This document shows positions 1-12,224 of a stretch of DNA of 64,000 nt, piece by piece. The notes beneath the pieces are model-generated. The model was given only the letters and a program-made list of their open reading frames with translations. It had not been told where the DNA came from and searched no databases. Each line of letters opens with the position of its first letter. Position 1 is the first letter of the stretch. A program made the position numbers and the translations under genes. Source of the stretch: Vitrella brassicaformis CCMP3155 (taxonomy: Eukaryota > Protista > Chromerida); NCBI GenBank assembly GCA_001179505.1, contig CDMY01000374.1:1-64000 (forward strand), given 5' to 3'.

Positions 1-769
1 GGAGCTGCTCAACAAAACCCTTGGCGACAGGTCGCCTTGGTTTCTTCTCGAGGACTCATCCCGAGGACTCATCCTCTCTCACGAGTCGCTCGTTCAGCAT
101 CCAGCTCACGTAAGGAACCCTCGCACACACCCAGGTTGTGCATTGCCCGATGTTGTGCGTCTGTCACTTCAGACCACTCCTCTGCATCGGGGCTATTTCT
201 GGCTTCTGGATAGCTTTGATGGATGCACAATATCTGCCATATATCGGCACCGGCATGACGCTAGTCAGGCCACCGAATTGCTATTGGCTCCCTGTTGTGT
301 CTGCGGTGTGTAGGTGTGGGTGGTGTGAGAGGTAGGGAGTCTCTTCTGCGGCCAAGCAGGCAAAGCAGCACATCTCCGTGCCAGCCCTCTTGCCCCTGTT
401 GCCGTGCGACCCTCTATCTTCGTCACACTCCCCATATCCCCCGCACAGCAACGCCACAGCCTCTCTCGCTTCGTCACATCGACCAGGCGCGAGTAGAACG
501 CCTTCCTATCCTTCAGCCATTCTGCTATGTGCTGTTCGTGCGTTGGGTGCCTGCGGCCTGAAGGTGGATGATGCGCATCAATTGAGGGCGACTTGCTTTC
601 GCCGCGATCAAGACCATCCGCATTATCCATCCACTCAGCCGTCTCGGCATTATGCCAGCCACACGTCGCGTATGACAGCACATCAGCCTCGGGCATCTCA
701 GCTGATGACAACGCGAGCGCGTATACATCTCAAGTGTCAGCACGCAGGCTCGACAACATGTTGTTCATC

Positions 770-971
770 GCCCGATCGGCCATCTTGTGGGGCAGAAGGA
801 GCCTTTTCATCCGGCACGAAAACCGGCTTGAAGCCGAGCTCGACGTCATCTATTGCCGCATACTCGATGGGCCCGATCGGCCATCTTGTGGGGCAGAAAG
901 AGCCTTTTCATCCGGCACGAAAACCGGCTTGAAGCCGAGCTCAACGTCATCTATTGCCGCATACTCGATGG
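770..971. repeat. Tandem 101-bp duplication inside the retroelement (integrase-RT spacer)
   Basis: 770-870 and 871-971 are near-identical (gcccgatcggccatcttgtggggcagaa...atactcgatgg); 101 nt is frame-breaking. Confidence 0.95.
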
Positions 972-2307
972 CAGTTGGATCGTCTACAGGAGCAATCACT
1001 TCCCCTCTTCGATCCAAGTGCTCAGCGAGTGTGCCAGCGACGGATTTCTGTCCCGACGAGCTGCTCTTCCCCTCTTCGAGGAATACTCTCGGTCATGTGC
1101 TCCACTTACTCATCCGTCATGTCAGCCCCCTCACCAACAGCTGGCCGGCCGTATGGCCGCGCATCAGCCGCAGCTCCGCTCTCTCTATCCGTCCATCGGC
1201 AGACAACGTCTCGCCAGTGCGCCCATCGCATCGACGTCGGCACAGAGTCACTGACTTTGCCTCGTCTATCGTCTGACCGACTGTCTGAGAGGCAGCGGAA
1301 CAGCTTGTGGGGCAGCTGCTGCATCAGTCATTACAAACATAGCGCCATCCACGATCGGATGCTGGATTCGTGAGCCACTGCATTGACATTCATGGGGATG
1401 GGCTCTGGGTTGGGTGCGCGTGGCCCTTCGGGGCTCACTGACACCTGCGCAGCCAAGCCATCCACGTCTCCCATCCGATGCAGGATTAAATCCCTTAATC
1501 ATGCCACATTCCACACGTCTCGTGTGGTGTCGTCTTTTGTGACAGATTGGTTGTGGATATGCGATTGAAGAGATGCACTGCCAAGGCAATCGCAAAGGAC
1601 CAGAACGCCACAGCGATGCGATGCTCGATCATCAGAGCACTCGCCATCTCAAGCAGCATGCTGTTCACCGGCTTGGCGATCCCATTCTATGCCGCACTGG
1701 GTTCTGCTTGTGGCCTTCCTCTGTACAGGTCTGTTCAACCGACAGCCCCTGTCCATCGCTCGACCGGAGGATCTCAAGCGTCTCCACCTCATCACAGAGG
1801 CGTCTCAGTGCTACTACTGACTCACGGCCATCTGGCAGTGGATGCACTCTACGCATCAACGAAGGTGACAGGATACCGACAGCCATCAAGGGTGGACTTC
1901 AGAAGTGTAAAAGTCCGACTTCCCTTTTGTGTGCAGCTGACGGTTTCATCGTCTCGGTTGATGGGATTGGGTGCTATTTGCCTGGTCCCCTTCAGCCATC
2001 CTCAAGCTGTGAGGGTTCCAAACGAAGCCATTGCGTGCCCTCCTCGTGTGTGCGACACGAGGGCCAAGCATCCGGGCCCGTGGCGAGCTTTGGAGGACGC
2101 ATCACACACCCTATAATGGTGAGCGAAGCTTATATGCGTCCATCGACAGGCTGCTCTGTCGATTCCATCCGGGTTAGGGATGTTTATGCCTGTGTTTAAT
2201 TCCTCAGGGTCGGTGTGTAAGACCTTCCCTTCCGCGGTCACTGGCGTGCCTTGAGGATTCACCAGAGATGCTGGCTTTCTCTCTGACCAGTCGCATGCAC
2301 CGACGAC

Positions 2308-2607
2308 NNNNNNNNNNNNNNNNNNNNNNNNNNNNNNNNNNNNNNNNNNNNNNNNNNNNNNNNNNNNNNNNNNNNNNNNNNNNNNNNNNNNNNNNNNNNN
2401 NNNNNNNNNNNNNNNNNNNNNNNNNNNNNNNNNNNNNNNNNNNNNNNNNNNNNNNNNNNNNNNNNNNNNNNNNNNNNNNNNNNNNNNNNNNNNNNNNNNN
2501 NNNNNNNNNNNNNNNNNNNNNNNNNNNNNNNNNNNNNNNNNNNNNNNNNNNNNNNNNNNNNNNNNNNNNNNNNNNNNNNNNNNNNNNNNNNNNNNNNNNN
2601 NNNNNNN
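2308..2607. other. Assembly gap (300 N)
   Basis: Run of N. Confidence 1.
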
Positions 2608-3338
2608 GCAGCGCCATACCGCATAGCTTGCGGCCTCGCCATCCCATTTGGGGACTTCCTCGACCTTCGGTCGTTCGAGCATAGCCACGATCGGTGTGTG
2701 CTGGGCAGGTCGACGCACTTCGAGCATGGTCTGCTGCAAACCACCAAGTGCTCGACGTGTCGCATCACACCCGATCAACATGCTTTCCGCCTCAGTCTCA
2801 TTCAGCGTCTGCTGCTGGGGTCGCATCTTGGTCACCCAAGCGGGCACGGTAAGAGCCTTGCCACGGCGGCGACCGACCACAGAGATGCCGCCACCAGATG
2901 AGACACAGCGTTCCACACCAGATGCGTCGCATGATGTCAGACTCTCCCACTTGAGAGCGAAGGCGCATAGCTGCTCGAGAGGCGAGGGCTGTTGACCTTC
3001 CTCTTGGCCATTGTGACCACCGGAAGCACCACCTCCCTCCTCCTCGAGGCAGAGATCTGCCACAGCAGCCCTGACGCCACCCATCTCGACATCACCGACC
3101 ATGACGTCCACCTCAGTGTGTTGGTGTGGGTCGTGATCACCCTCTTGACGAGGCGTGACCTGACCACTCAGACTCATGCTGAGTCGAACCACAGCACACA
3201 CACAGAGATCTGTGTTCTGGTGCTCGACAAGCCTTCTCCCCTTGGGAGGTGCTCAGTGGGCTCTATAACCTGTTGAAGAAACGTGAGTAGCTTCAGCGGG
3301 TCAAGAGTTAAGAGCCAGGCTTGACAACCAGCACAAAC

Positions 3339-3839
3339 ACGTCCGAAGACGCCAGGTGTGTGTGAGGTGTCTAGGGACCCTCAGCTCCAAACCCTCGCGT
3401 GTACGAGCACTTTTAATTCATCTAGACTAGGGTACGCCTTTCTCTTAGCTCTTGCGAGCTGCGGGCGCATCATTTCCTCAACACACCGGTCAATCCATTT
3501 AGGCAGCCCTTCATGCACACGATCCGAACGAATTCGACGTACGTGTTGTGTGCTGATTGGTGTTCGAGAAGGCATCCACATGTGGCCCCACGGAAGAGCG
3601 CTGAAGATTGAGCTATGACGTCGGCTCCGCTTGGGCTGCGAGCCCTTCGCGTTGCCAAGTGTTTGGGTGGTGCTCGCTGCTTCCAGCTTCCGAGTGTCTA
3701 TTCAGCGAGCGGGTCTTAGTGAAGAATGGATGTGTGAAGCGACAGGCGGATTGGCTTGGTGGCGAAGATCTTCGCTGTGGTTGATTGAGAGTGACCGATG
3801 ATAAAGATATCAGTCGCTGTGAGCGTCCGTACACACACA
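3339..3839 (-). repeat. Putative 5' LTR (~3357-3839) with adjacent primer-binding site
   Basis: The segment is bounded by tgtgtgtg (3357) and cacacaca (3839), a TG...CA short inverted terminus. On the minus strand the end CA is followed by 2 nt and TGGCGTCTTCGGAC, a PBS-like position just upstream of gag. The partner LTR is outside the window, so this is unconfirmed. Confidence 0.45.
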
Positions 3840-3952
3840 CTGATAATAGAAAGGACTGTCCGATGCTCAAACAAGCACGAAAGGGGGAAACGAAGCAACA
3901 CACAGAGGTCAACCAGTCGGAATAAGGAAGGCGCCGACGCAAGAAAAAGACA

Positions 3953-4019
3953 GAGAGACCGTTGAAGACAGCCCAAAGCAGAGAGACCGTTGCCGCTGGG
4001 CTGTCTTCAACGGTCTCTC
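3953..4019. repeat. Perfect 23-bp inverted repeat with 21-nt spacer
   Basis: gagagaccgttgaagacagccca (3953-3975) and tgggctgtcttcaacggtctctc (3997-4019) are exact reverse complements. Confidence 0.95.
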
Positions 4020-4369
4020 CTCCCCTGTCTACTCCATCCTGTCTCCCCCAAGTTTACAAGACGCGGCTAAGCTCGCAGTAGAGGCCGCGCGTCTCATTCA
4101 TACGCATGAGCATACACACATACACTTACACATGCACATACAGACCCAGAGGAGCGAAAGCAGACAGTACACCCCACAAAGTAACCCGAAAATGCTCGTG
4201 CGCTGATGGAGTGACGAATCACTGACGATGAGGGACCTTCCCTCCCTTCATCAGCGCAGCGATATACACCACAACATGCACGCAAGACACCACTTTCCTC
4301 ATGACAGACTCATCATTGATGTGTCATTTCTTGCACCCTGCAACAGGGGCCAGGTAAATTTGCGAAGGT

Positions 4370-4840
4370 TTGTCTGGCTTTGGCGAGCTTTGCTTGGCTT
4401 TGGCGAGCTTTGGCTTGGCTTTGTCACGGGACCCATTCGGCTGGCCCCCAACTTTTCACTCAGCATTACCGGCACAGAGAGGGCTTTGCTCTGCTTCGCT
4501 TTGCTCTGCTTCGCTCATTGACCCTCCAGAGGAAAGGTTCGTCCGTTGGTTTGCTTTGCTTGGGCCGGTTTGCTAGGTTTGCTTTGGGGGCTGTAGCCGT
4601 TGCACTCTTGGGGACTCGCTCCGCGTTCCGGCGGCCGCGTCGCGAAATGCATGCAAAGCCCCCAAGCTCGCATGCAAGCCCCCATCGAAGACGGTACCGA
4701 ATGAAAAAGTCTCGATGGCCCCAATTACGAACGAACAAACGAACGGACACGAACTTCGGGTAAGAGCGTGCCTCGCTCCCTAAAAGCTCGCGAGTCCCGA
4801 AAGAGCGTGCCTCGCTCGCAAGCTTCGCGAGTCCCGAAAG
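4370..4840. repeat. Block of short tandem duplications
   Basis: ctttggcgagctttg(g)cttgg x2 (~4377-4420), gctttgctctgcttc x2 (~4483-4512) and gagcgtgcctcgctc...cgcgagtcccgaaa x2 (~4763-4839). Confidence 0.7.
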
Positions 4841-4982
4841 CCCCAGGAGGCGACTATCTGTCATCTCTCGCCGGTTGTCCATGTCAGTTGCGGGGGTTGC
4901 CGGAGCCAGATACCCGCCCGAATCCTTGGGGCGGCGGTGAGGGCAGGAACGGACTGCTCGGAGTAGAGTAAGTTCGCCCCTC

Positions 4983-7900
4983 ATGGCTTCCCCCGTTCCT
5001 CGCCTGTTGATCAAGGCGAGGGACCTGACTGTGAGCGACAAGAAGCTTGGTGCGCCTCACGACCAATTGCTGGCCCGATGTCATCGATTGGGTGACCTCT
5101 GTGTACCTCTGTGTGTCTGTGTCAGGGGGTGGAGCATTCGGGACAGTGTACCAGGGCAAGTGGAAGGGTCTGGACGTGGCTGTAAAGATCACAAACATGG
5201 AGGAATTGAGGGAGGCCTCCCCACTCACCGGGGAGGAGCTTACCGAAACAGTGAGTATCACAGTGCGTGTCAAATAACGTGGCACACGAATGTCATGCAG
5301 GAGCTGATGGCTGGCGCGATATAGGATGCTCTGTCCGAGGCTCAGGAGATGCAGCACCTGCGACACCCCAACATAGTGCAGTTCCTCGGTGTCTGCATGG
5401 ACGCCAAGCACGGCCTCATGATCGTCACAGGTACTTCACTTTTTCTCGATTCCATCCATCTGCTTCCTGTCTGTGCGTCGCGTGTCTGTCATTCTCAGAA
5501 TTGTGTCAGGGCGGATCGCTGGACAAATATTTGGTCAAGAACAGACCACTGCCGTTGGATGTGCGAGACAGATTCGTGAGAGAGGTACGAGCGGGCAAGC
5601 CGTCACGCGTCTCGTCTGGATCTGCGTGTCGATTGCCGTCAGATATGCGAGGGTGTGCAGTATCTTCACAACCACGGAATCCTGCATCGAGACTTGAAAC
5701 CAGGGAATATTCTCGTGAGGGAAGACGGCCTTCATGTCTCACTCGATGGCTGCAGCATCTTGTTGTCGTGTCTCGTGTCTATCAGTTGGGCGAGCATTTG
5801 GTGATCAAGATAAGTGACTTCGGCATGACGCGGAATGTTCAAGTGACGTCGAGCTCTTTTGCAGGTAGCAAGAGACATGGGATGGCGGAATGCGGTGAGC
5901 GAGGTGCGTCTGTGTGTGTTGGTGCATCCGTCCCTAGACTGCAGGCGGCATTAAGGGAACCCCCAATTACATGTCGCCTGAATCATTGGATCCAGACAAG
6001 TGTGAGTGCAAGAAAAGACGGTCGCCTTGGGAACTTGAATCACCGCCGGTGTGTGCAGTGGGGAAACCCTCTATGGAGGCGGACATATGGGCGGTTGGAT
6101 GCATTATCGCGCAGCTGTTTGGCGGTCAGCAGATGCACTTTCAGTCAAAGACAGTAGCCTTCACTTGTAATGTTCAGGCGGGCCTCCCTTTGAGGGTTAA
6201 GCACCTCTCATCATCATCACCGCCGTTGTCGTCCGAAAGCAGGTGACCTGCCACGTTGACACATGTGCACAGATCCTCTGAAGTTCTCTTTCTGCCTACT
6301 TCTGTCAGACCCCCCGCATCCCCGATTCCCTGCCTGAGCACATCAAAAGTGCCATCAAGGTAAACCGAGAGCCCTTCTCGTGTGCTGCATTTCCCTTCCG
6401 ATTGTGACGGTGATCAGAGTTGTTTTGCTTTCAAGCCGAAAGATCGCCCCACAGCCAAAGAGGTACCTGCCATAGACTATTGGACAGAGGCGTCGGCATG
6501 TCGTGTCTGCTTGCCTGACTGCGCGATAGTTGCTGACCAAGCTGGGCATGTCGCCGTCTCCGTCAAAAGAGACAGGTCCACTGAAGGTCAAATGAGACGA
6601 GAAGGCCCCCTCGCCTAATCCTGACTGCTTGACTGCGTGCAGAGCCGGTGTTGGTTCCCCCTGCTTCCGTTTCTCGGCTGTTGATCAGGGCGAGGAACTT
6701 GGCTGTGATGTGGGGAAAGAAGCTTGGTGCGCCTCACGACCACTTGCTGGCCCGATACCCTTGACTCATCTGCGTGTATGTCAGGGGGTGAGGCGTTCGG
6801 GACAGTGTACCAGGGCAAGTGGAAGGGTCTGGACGTGGCTGTAAAGATCACAAACATGGAGAAATTAAGGGAGGCCTCCTCACTCACCGGGGAGGAGCTT
6901 ACCGAAACAGTGAGTATCACAGTGCGTGTCAAATAACGTGGCACACGAATGTCATGCAGGAGCTGATGGCTGGCGCGATATAGGATGCTCTGTTCGAGGC
7001 TCAGGAGATGCAGCATCTGCGATACCCCAACATAGTGCAATTCCTCGGTGTCTGCATGGACGCCAAGCACGGCCTCATGATTGTCACAGGTACTCTACTT
7101 TTTCTCGATTCCATCCATCTGCTTCCTGTCTGTGCGTCGCGTGTTTGTCATTCTCAGAATTGTGTCAGGGCGGATCGCTGGACAGAGATTTGGTCAAGAA
7201 CAGACCACTGCCGTTGGATGTGCGAGACAGATTCGTGAGAGAGGTACGAGCGGGCAAGCCGTCACGCGTCTCGTCTAGATCTGTGTGTCGATTGCCGTCA
7301 GATATGCGAGGGTGTGCAGTATCTTCACAACCACGGAATCCTGCATCGAGACTTGAAACCAGGGAATATTCTCGTGAGGGCTGACGGCCTTCATGTCTCA
7401 CTCGATGGCCAAAGCCTCTTGTTGTCGTGTCTCGTGTCTATCAGTTGGGCGAGCATTTGGTGATCAAGATAAGTGACTTCGGCATGACGCGGAATGTTCA
7501 AGTGACGTCGAGCTCTTCTGCAGGTAGCAAGAGACATGGGATGGCGGAATGCGGTAAGCGAGGTGCGTCTGTGTGTGTTGGTGCATCCGTCCCTGGACTG
7601 CAGGCGGCATTAAGGGAACCCCCAATTACATGTCGCCTGAATCATTGGATCCAGACAACTGTGAGTGCAAGAAAAGACGGTCGCCTTGGGAACTTGAATC
7701 ACCGCCGGTGTGTGCAGTGGGGAAACCCTCTATGGAGGCGGACATATGGGCGGTTGGATGCATTATCGCGCAGCTGTTTGGCGGTCAGCAGATGCACTTT
7801 CAGTCCGAGACAGTAGCCTTCACTTGTAATGTTCAGGCGGGCCTCCCTTTGAGGGCCAAGCACCTCTCACTATCATCACCGCCGTTGTCGTCCGGAAGCA

Positions 7901-10900
7901 GGTGACCTGCCACGTTGACACATGTTCACAGATCCTCTGAAGTTCTCTTTCTGCCTACTTCTGTCAGACCCCCCGCATCCCCGATTTCCTGCCTGAGCAC
8001 ATCAAAAGTGCCATCAAGGTAAACCGAGAGCCCTTCTCGTGTGCTGCATTTCCCTTCCGATTGTGACGGTGATCAGAGTTGTTTTGCTTTCAAGCCGGAA
8101 GATCGCCCCACAGCCAAAGAGGTACCTGACACGCACCACTGGACAAACGCGTCGGCATGTCGTGTCTGCTTGCCTGACTGTGATAGTTGTTGGCCAAGCT
8201 GGGTATTCCGGCGAGTCCGTCAAAGAGCGCAGGTCCACTGACGCTCCACTTTGACACGAGAAAGCCCCCATTTGACTGCTTGACTGTGTGCAGACCCGGT
8301 GTTGGTTCCCCCTTCCCCTGTGTCTCCCGTTGACGTGCCTTCCGCTGGCGCTCCACCGGGTGTTCACACGAGCATGGTCAGCACAGTGCCGGGGCCGCCG
8401 AGTACGGTCCATCCAGCACAGGTCGAACTTGTGGTTGCGGAAGAGCAGACAGGTCGGTGTGGAAGGCACGAAGACAACACATGGAGAGACATACGACTGG
8501 TCATCCATGGTTTGTGTGTTGCAGCGCTCCCTACACAGCAGCCGTCAGTGAAGACACCACCGAGCGCCCCACAGCCGCAGATCAAACACGTAAGGGACAC
8601 AGCAGCTGAACCCCACACGTCAAAGGGACGCTGTTCTTGTGCTGGATGTGTGGCAGGCTGACATCTTCGATGCCGTCAGAAAAGGCGATGAGCAGTCGGT
8701 TCATTTGCTCATCGAGCGAGAGGGCAAGGATATACTCGACAAACGAGACAACGACGGGGTATGGAATCGTGACGACGAGAGAAATACACTCAGTGGTCTG
8801 TCTGTGTGGTCTCGTTCTCGCACGCAGTTGACACCCTTCCTTTGGGCTGCCAACAAGGGTCACGTGGGCGTCATGTCGGTCATGTATGAGAGCAAAGTTG
8901 ACGTACTGCAGCAAACAGACCAGGTACCGACCGACGCAGACAAACCACCCTGTGTGCGGCTAGTGATGATGAGGAGATGTGTGTTGGGTGTGATGGAATG
9001 CAGTTTGGTAACACCGCCATGCACTTAGCTGCCAACAGGGGCCATGTTGCGATGGTCAATAAGTTGCTGGAGTGGGATCCCAAACTGATCGACGCACGCA
9101 CCCCGGTAACAGAGCACACACATGTCTCTGACACCTCGGGGTGTGTGTGGATTGCAGAATGGCATCACGCCATTCATATGGGCTGCCTGGGAGGGTCATG
9201 TCGATGTGATGGAGGCCATGTATGAGAGCAAACCTGACGTACTGAAGCAAACAGACAAGGTGTCCACACAGACAAACCATCCTGTGTGCTGCTGGTAATG
9301 AGGAGATGTGTGTTGGGTCTGATGGAATGCAACAGTGGGGTAACACAGCCTTGCATGAGGCTGCCCAGGCGGGTCATGTTGTGGCGATTAATCAGCTGGT
9401 AGATTGGGATTTGAAACTAATCGACGAACGCAGCAATGTAAGAGAGCACACATATGTCTCTGACGCCTCGGTGTGTGTCGATTGTGTGTGTGTGTTGATT
9501 GCAGGATGGCACCACGCCATTCATGCAGGCTGCCTCAGGTGGCAAACTTGCTGTGATGAAGGTTCTGTATGCCAAACGAGGAACAAAGCTACTCACAGAG
9601 ATGGACAACGTGAGACAACACAGTCTTCTCTCACTGCTTGATTGTCTTTCCTTGTGTGCATGACACACAAAGGACGGAAACACAGCACTCCATGAGGCTG
9701 CAGGCTGCTTTCTCCACACTGGAGCTGTGTCTCAGCTGTAAGAAGACAGATAAATGACTGACTCGAACATCTCATCCACTCGGAGTCCCTCTCTCTCTCT
9801 CTCTCTCTCCCTGTGTCTATGTGTGTGTCAAAAGGCTCGAGTGGGGCGGCGGTGCTCTGTTGGATATAAAAAACAACGAGGTGAGCGAACACAGACATTT
9901 ACATAATCGATGGGTCGAGTGGTGTGCTCATCTCATCTCATCACATCAGGGCAAAACGCCGTGGGACATGGCGGTGGACAAGCCAGAGATCAGAAAGATC
10001 ATGAAGAAGTACATGCCTTTNNNNNNNNNNNNNNNNNNNNNNNNNNNNNNNNNNNNNNNNNNNNNNNNNNNNNNNNNNNNNNNNNNNNNNNNNNNNNNNN
10101 NNNNNNNNNNNNNNNNNNNNNNNNNNNNNNNNNNNNNNNNNNNNNNNNNNNNNNNNNNNNNNNNNNNNNNNNNNNNNNNNNNNNNNNNNNNNNNNNNNNN
10201 NNNNNNNNNNNNNNNNNNNNNNNNNNNNNNNNNNNNNNNNNNNNNNNNNNNNNNNNNNNNNNNNNNNNNNNNNNNNNNNNNNNNNNNNNNNNNNNNNNNN
10301 NNNNNNNNNNNNNNNNNNNNGCCATGTATGAGAGCAAACCTGACGTACTGAAGCAAACAGACAAGGTGTCCACACAGACAAACCATCCTGTGTGCTGCTG
10401 GTAATGAGGAGATGTGTGTTGGGTCTGATGGAATGCAACAGTGGGGTAACACAGCCTTGCATGAGGCTGCCCAGGCGGGTCATGTTGTGGCGATTAATCA
10501 GCTGGTAGATTGGGATTTGAAACTAATCGACGAACGCAGCAATGTAAGAGAGCACACATATGTCTCTGACGCCTCGGTGTGTGTCGATTGTGTGTGTGTG
10601 TTGATTGCAGGATGGCACCACGCCATTCATGCAGGCTGCCTCAGGTGGCAAACTTGCTGTGATGAAGGTTCTGTATGCCAAACGAGGAACAAAGCTACTC
10701 ACAGAGATGGACAACGTGAGACAACACAGTCTTCTCTCACTGCTTGATTGTCTTTCCTTGTGTGCATGACACACAAAGGACGGAAACACAGCACTCCATG
10801 AGGCTGCAGGCTGCTTTCTCCACACTGGAGCTGTGTCTCAGCTGTAAGAAGACAGATAAATGACTGACTCGAACATCTCATCCACTCGGAGTCCCTCTCT

Positions 10901-11154
10901 CTCTCTCTCTCTCTCCCTGTGTCTATGTGTGTGTCAAAAGGCTCGAGTGGGGCGGCGGTGCTCTGTTGGATATAAAAAACAACGAGGTGAGCGAACACAG
11001 ACATTTACATAATCGATGGGTCGAGTGGTGTGCTCATCTCATCTCATCACATCAGGGCAAAACGCCGTGGGACATGGCGGTGGACAAGCCAGAGATCAGA
11101 AAGATCATGAAGAAGTACATGCCTTTGTGTGGGCCTTGCTGTGTGATCATGTGA
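4983..11154 (+). pseudogene. G1: tandem TKL-like kinase + kinase + ankyrin repeats + CaaX, with nonsense codons in both kinases
   Basis: Spliced model: [48 protein letters not shown]. It continues in frame through EPVLVPPASVSRLLIRARNL into a second kinase, then a Pro-rich linker, about 8 ankyrin units and ..KKYMPLCGPCCVIM*. In-frame TAG at 5322-5324 and 6981-6983 and TAA at 6198-6200. Confidence 0.85.
9215..11126. other. 806-bp apparently identical duplication flanking a 300-N gap (10021-10320); probable scaffolding artefact
   Basis: 9215-10020 matches 10321-11126 (offset 1106), each abutting the N run. Confidence 0.8.
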
Positions 11155-11400
11155 GTCAGAGTCTGTCAGTTGCTCGGGTGTGCATCGAATAAGAAGCTAA
11201 GAGGCATTTCGAGTGGGTGATCTGACAGTGAGACGTGACCGATCATGTGTCGTCGTAAATGACACGGCGAATGGCAGTCCTCGGGTTCTTTCTTGTGTCT
11301 TCGTGTGGACCACTGCGAGGGGCTGTGAGGTGCTGTGTTTTTGCCAATGAGACATCAAGACTTGATTGGAAATGTCCATCAACACGTGAGCATACAGCCC

Positions 11401-11658
11401 TCAGTTCTTTCTGCATTGATGCTGCCCTGATTGCTGGTCAGCTGCTCGCGAAGGCTGCGATTCTCCTCTTGCGAAGCGCCAAACGTCTGTATCAGTGACA
11501 TAAGGAGACACACACCTCACGCCGATTAGCAGCCTTTGTCGTTGGCACACACACCTGTTGGTTGACAGTCTGTCTGGTCCTCTCCTTGTCGAGGCAGCTC
11601 TCGACCACCGACTTTCCAACGCAGCCGCCTGCAACTCACGTTAAAGACGCAATATCGC
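11401..11658 (-). pseudogene. Orphan copy of the last two exons of the coiled-coil gene (cf. 45325-45581)
   Basis: Same exons (AIL.LxRELQAAALE..CLDKERTRQTVNQQ / TFGASQEENRSLREQLTSNQGSINAERN*) without the upstream gene. Confidence 0.85.
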
Positions 11659-12224
11659 CTGACAAACGCCCCCTTCCTCCCTCCCTCCCGATTCATGCAC
11701 ATCTGACCCCTTACGTCTGTTGGGCGGGTTGATTAACTTGATCGAATTCAGCTCTCCCTGACAAGTACGTGCACGTACGTATGCCTGCGTTGTTTTTTCG
11801 GGGTTTTCGCGTGTTTAGTTCCAGGCACCAGCACATACCAAAGCAAACACGTGGCTGGCAAGGCAAGCGCACAGCCGGATGTGTCCCACTCTGGCTCTCT
11901 GTGTGTGTGGTCTGTATGTTGTCGTGGATGTACTCCATGTTTGTTCAGCCGTGAGATGCGACGCAGCATCGAGTGCATCGACGGGGACGCACAGACCACA
12001 CAACACCAGGAGCGAGCAGCACTACACACACACAAAGCACTGTACGGTCGGGTTATGTGTGTGTGTGTTTGTGTTCGCCTCGACGTGAGAACGGATATGG
12101 CAATTTAATTGCGTGTGCGTGTGCGTGTTGGGGGATTTATTCATACCATGCATTTCGTTTGCTTTTATGTGTTCGTGTTCGTGTGTGTGTGTGATGTGTA
12201 TATACCGATGTGTGTGTGTTTCTG

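Larger units (their letters stand above)
1..3839 (-). mobile_element. Degenerate Ty1/copia LTR retrotransposon (gag-INT-RT order), truncated by the window edge
   Basis: Minus-strand translation gives a gag-like ERPKVEEVPKWDGEAASYAVW (~2610-2680). Integrase core segments read STLDGCRYPVTFVDA*S (~1850-1900) and *NGIAKPVNSMLLEMASALMIEHRIAVAFWSFAIALAVHLFNRI...KTTPHE (~1520-1690). The RT N-terminus reads SYPEARNSPDAEEW...KPRRPVAKGFVEQ (1-230). These resemble copia SLGGKRYFLTFIDDYS, QNGVAERKNRTLLEMAR and ARLVAKGFTQ. Integrase before RT is copia order. Many stops and frameshifts. Confidence 0.85.

Noticed and set aside
2002-3201. 399-aa ORF in the ORF track
   Set aside because: It reads through 300 Ns and frameshifted retroelement sequence, so it is not a real continuous CDS.
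3953-4019. BsaI/BbsI recognition sites in the hairpin suggesting a synthetic Golden Gate cassette
   Set aside because: There is no vector, marker or other synthetic sequence nearby, and the sites are simply mirrored by the inverted repeat.
9215-11126. Apparent tandem duplication of ANK exons and the CaaX exon in G1
   Set aside because: The two copies appear identical and abut a fixed-length 300-N gap on each side, which is typical of an unmerged contig overlap rather than biology.
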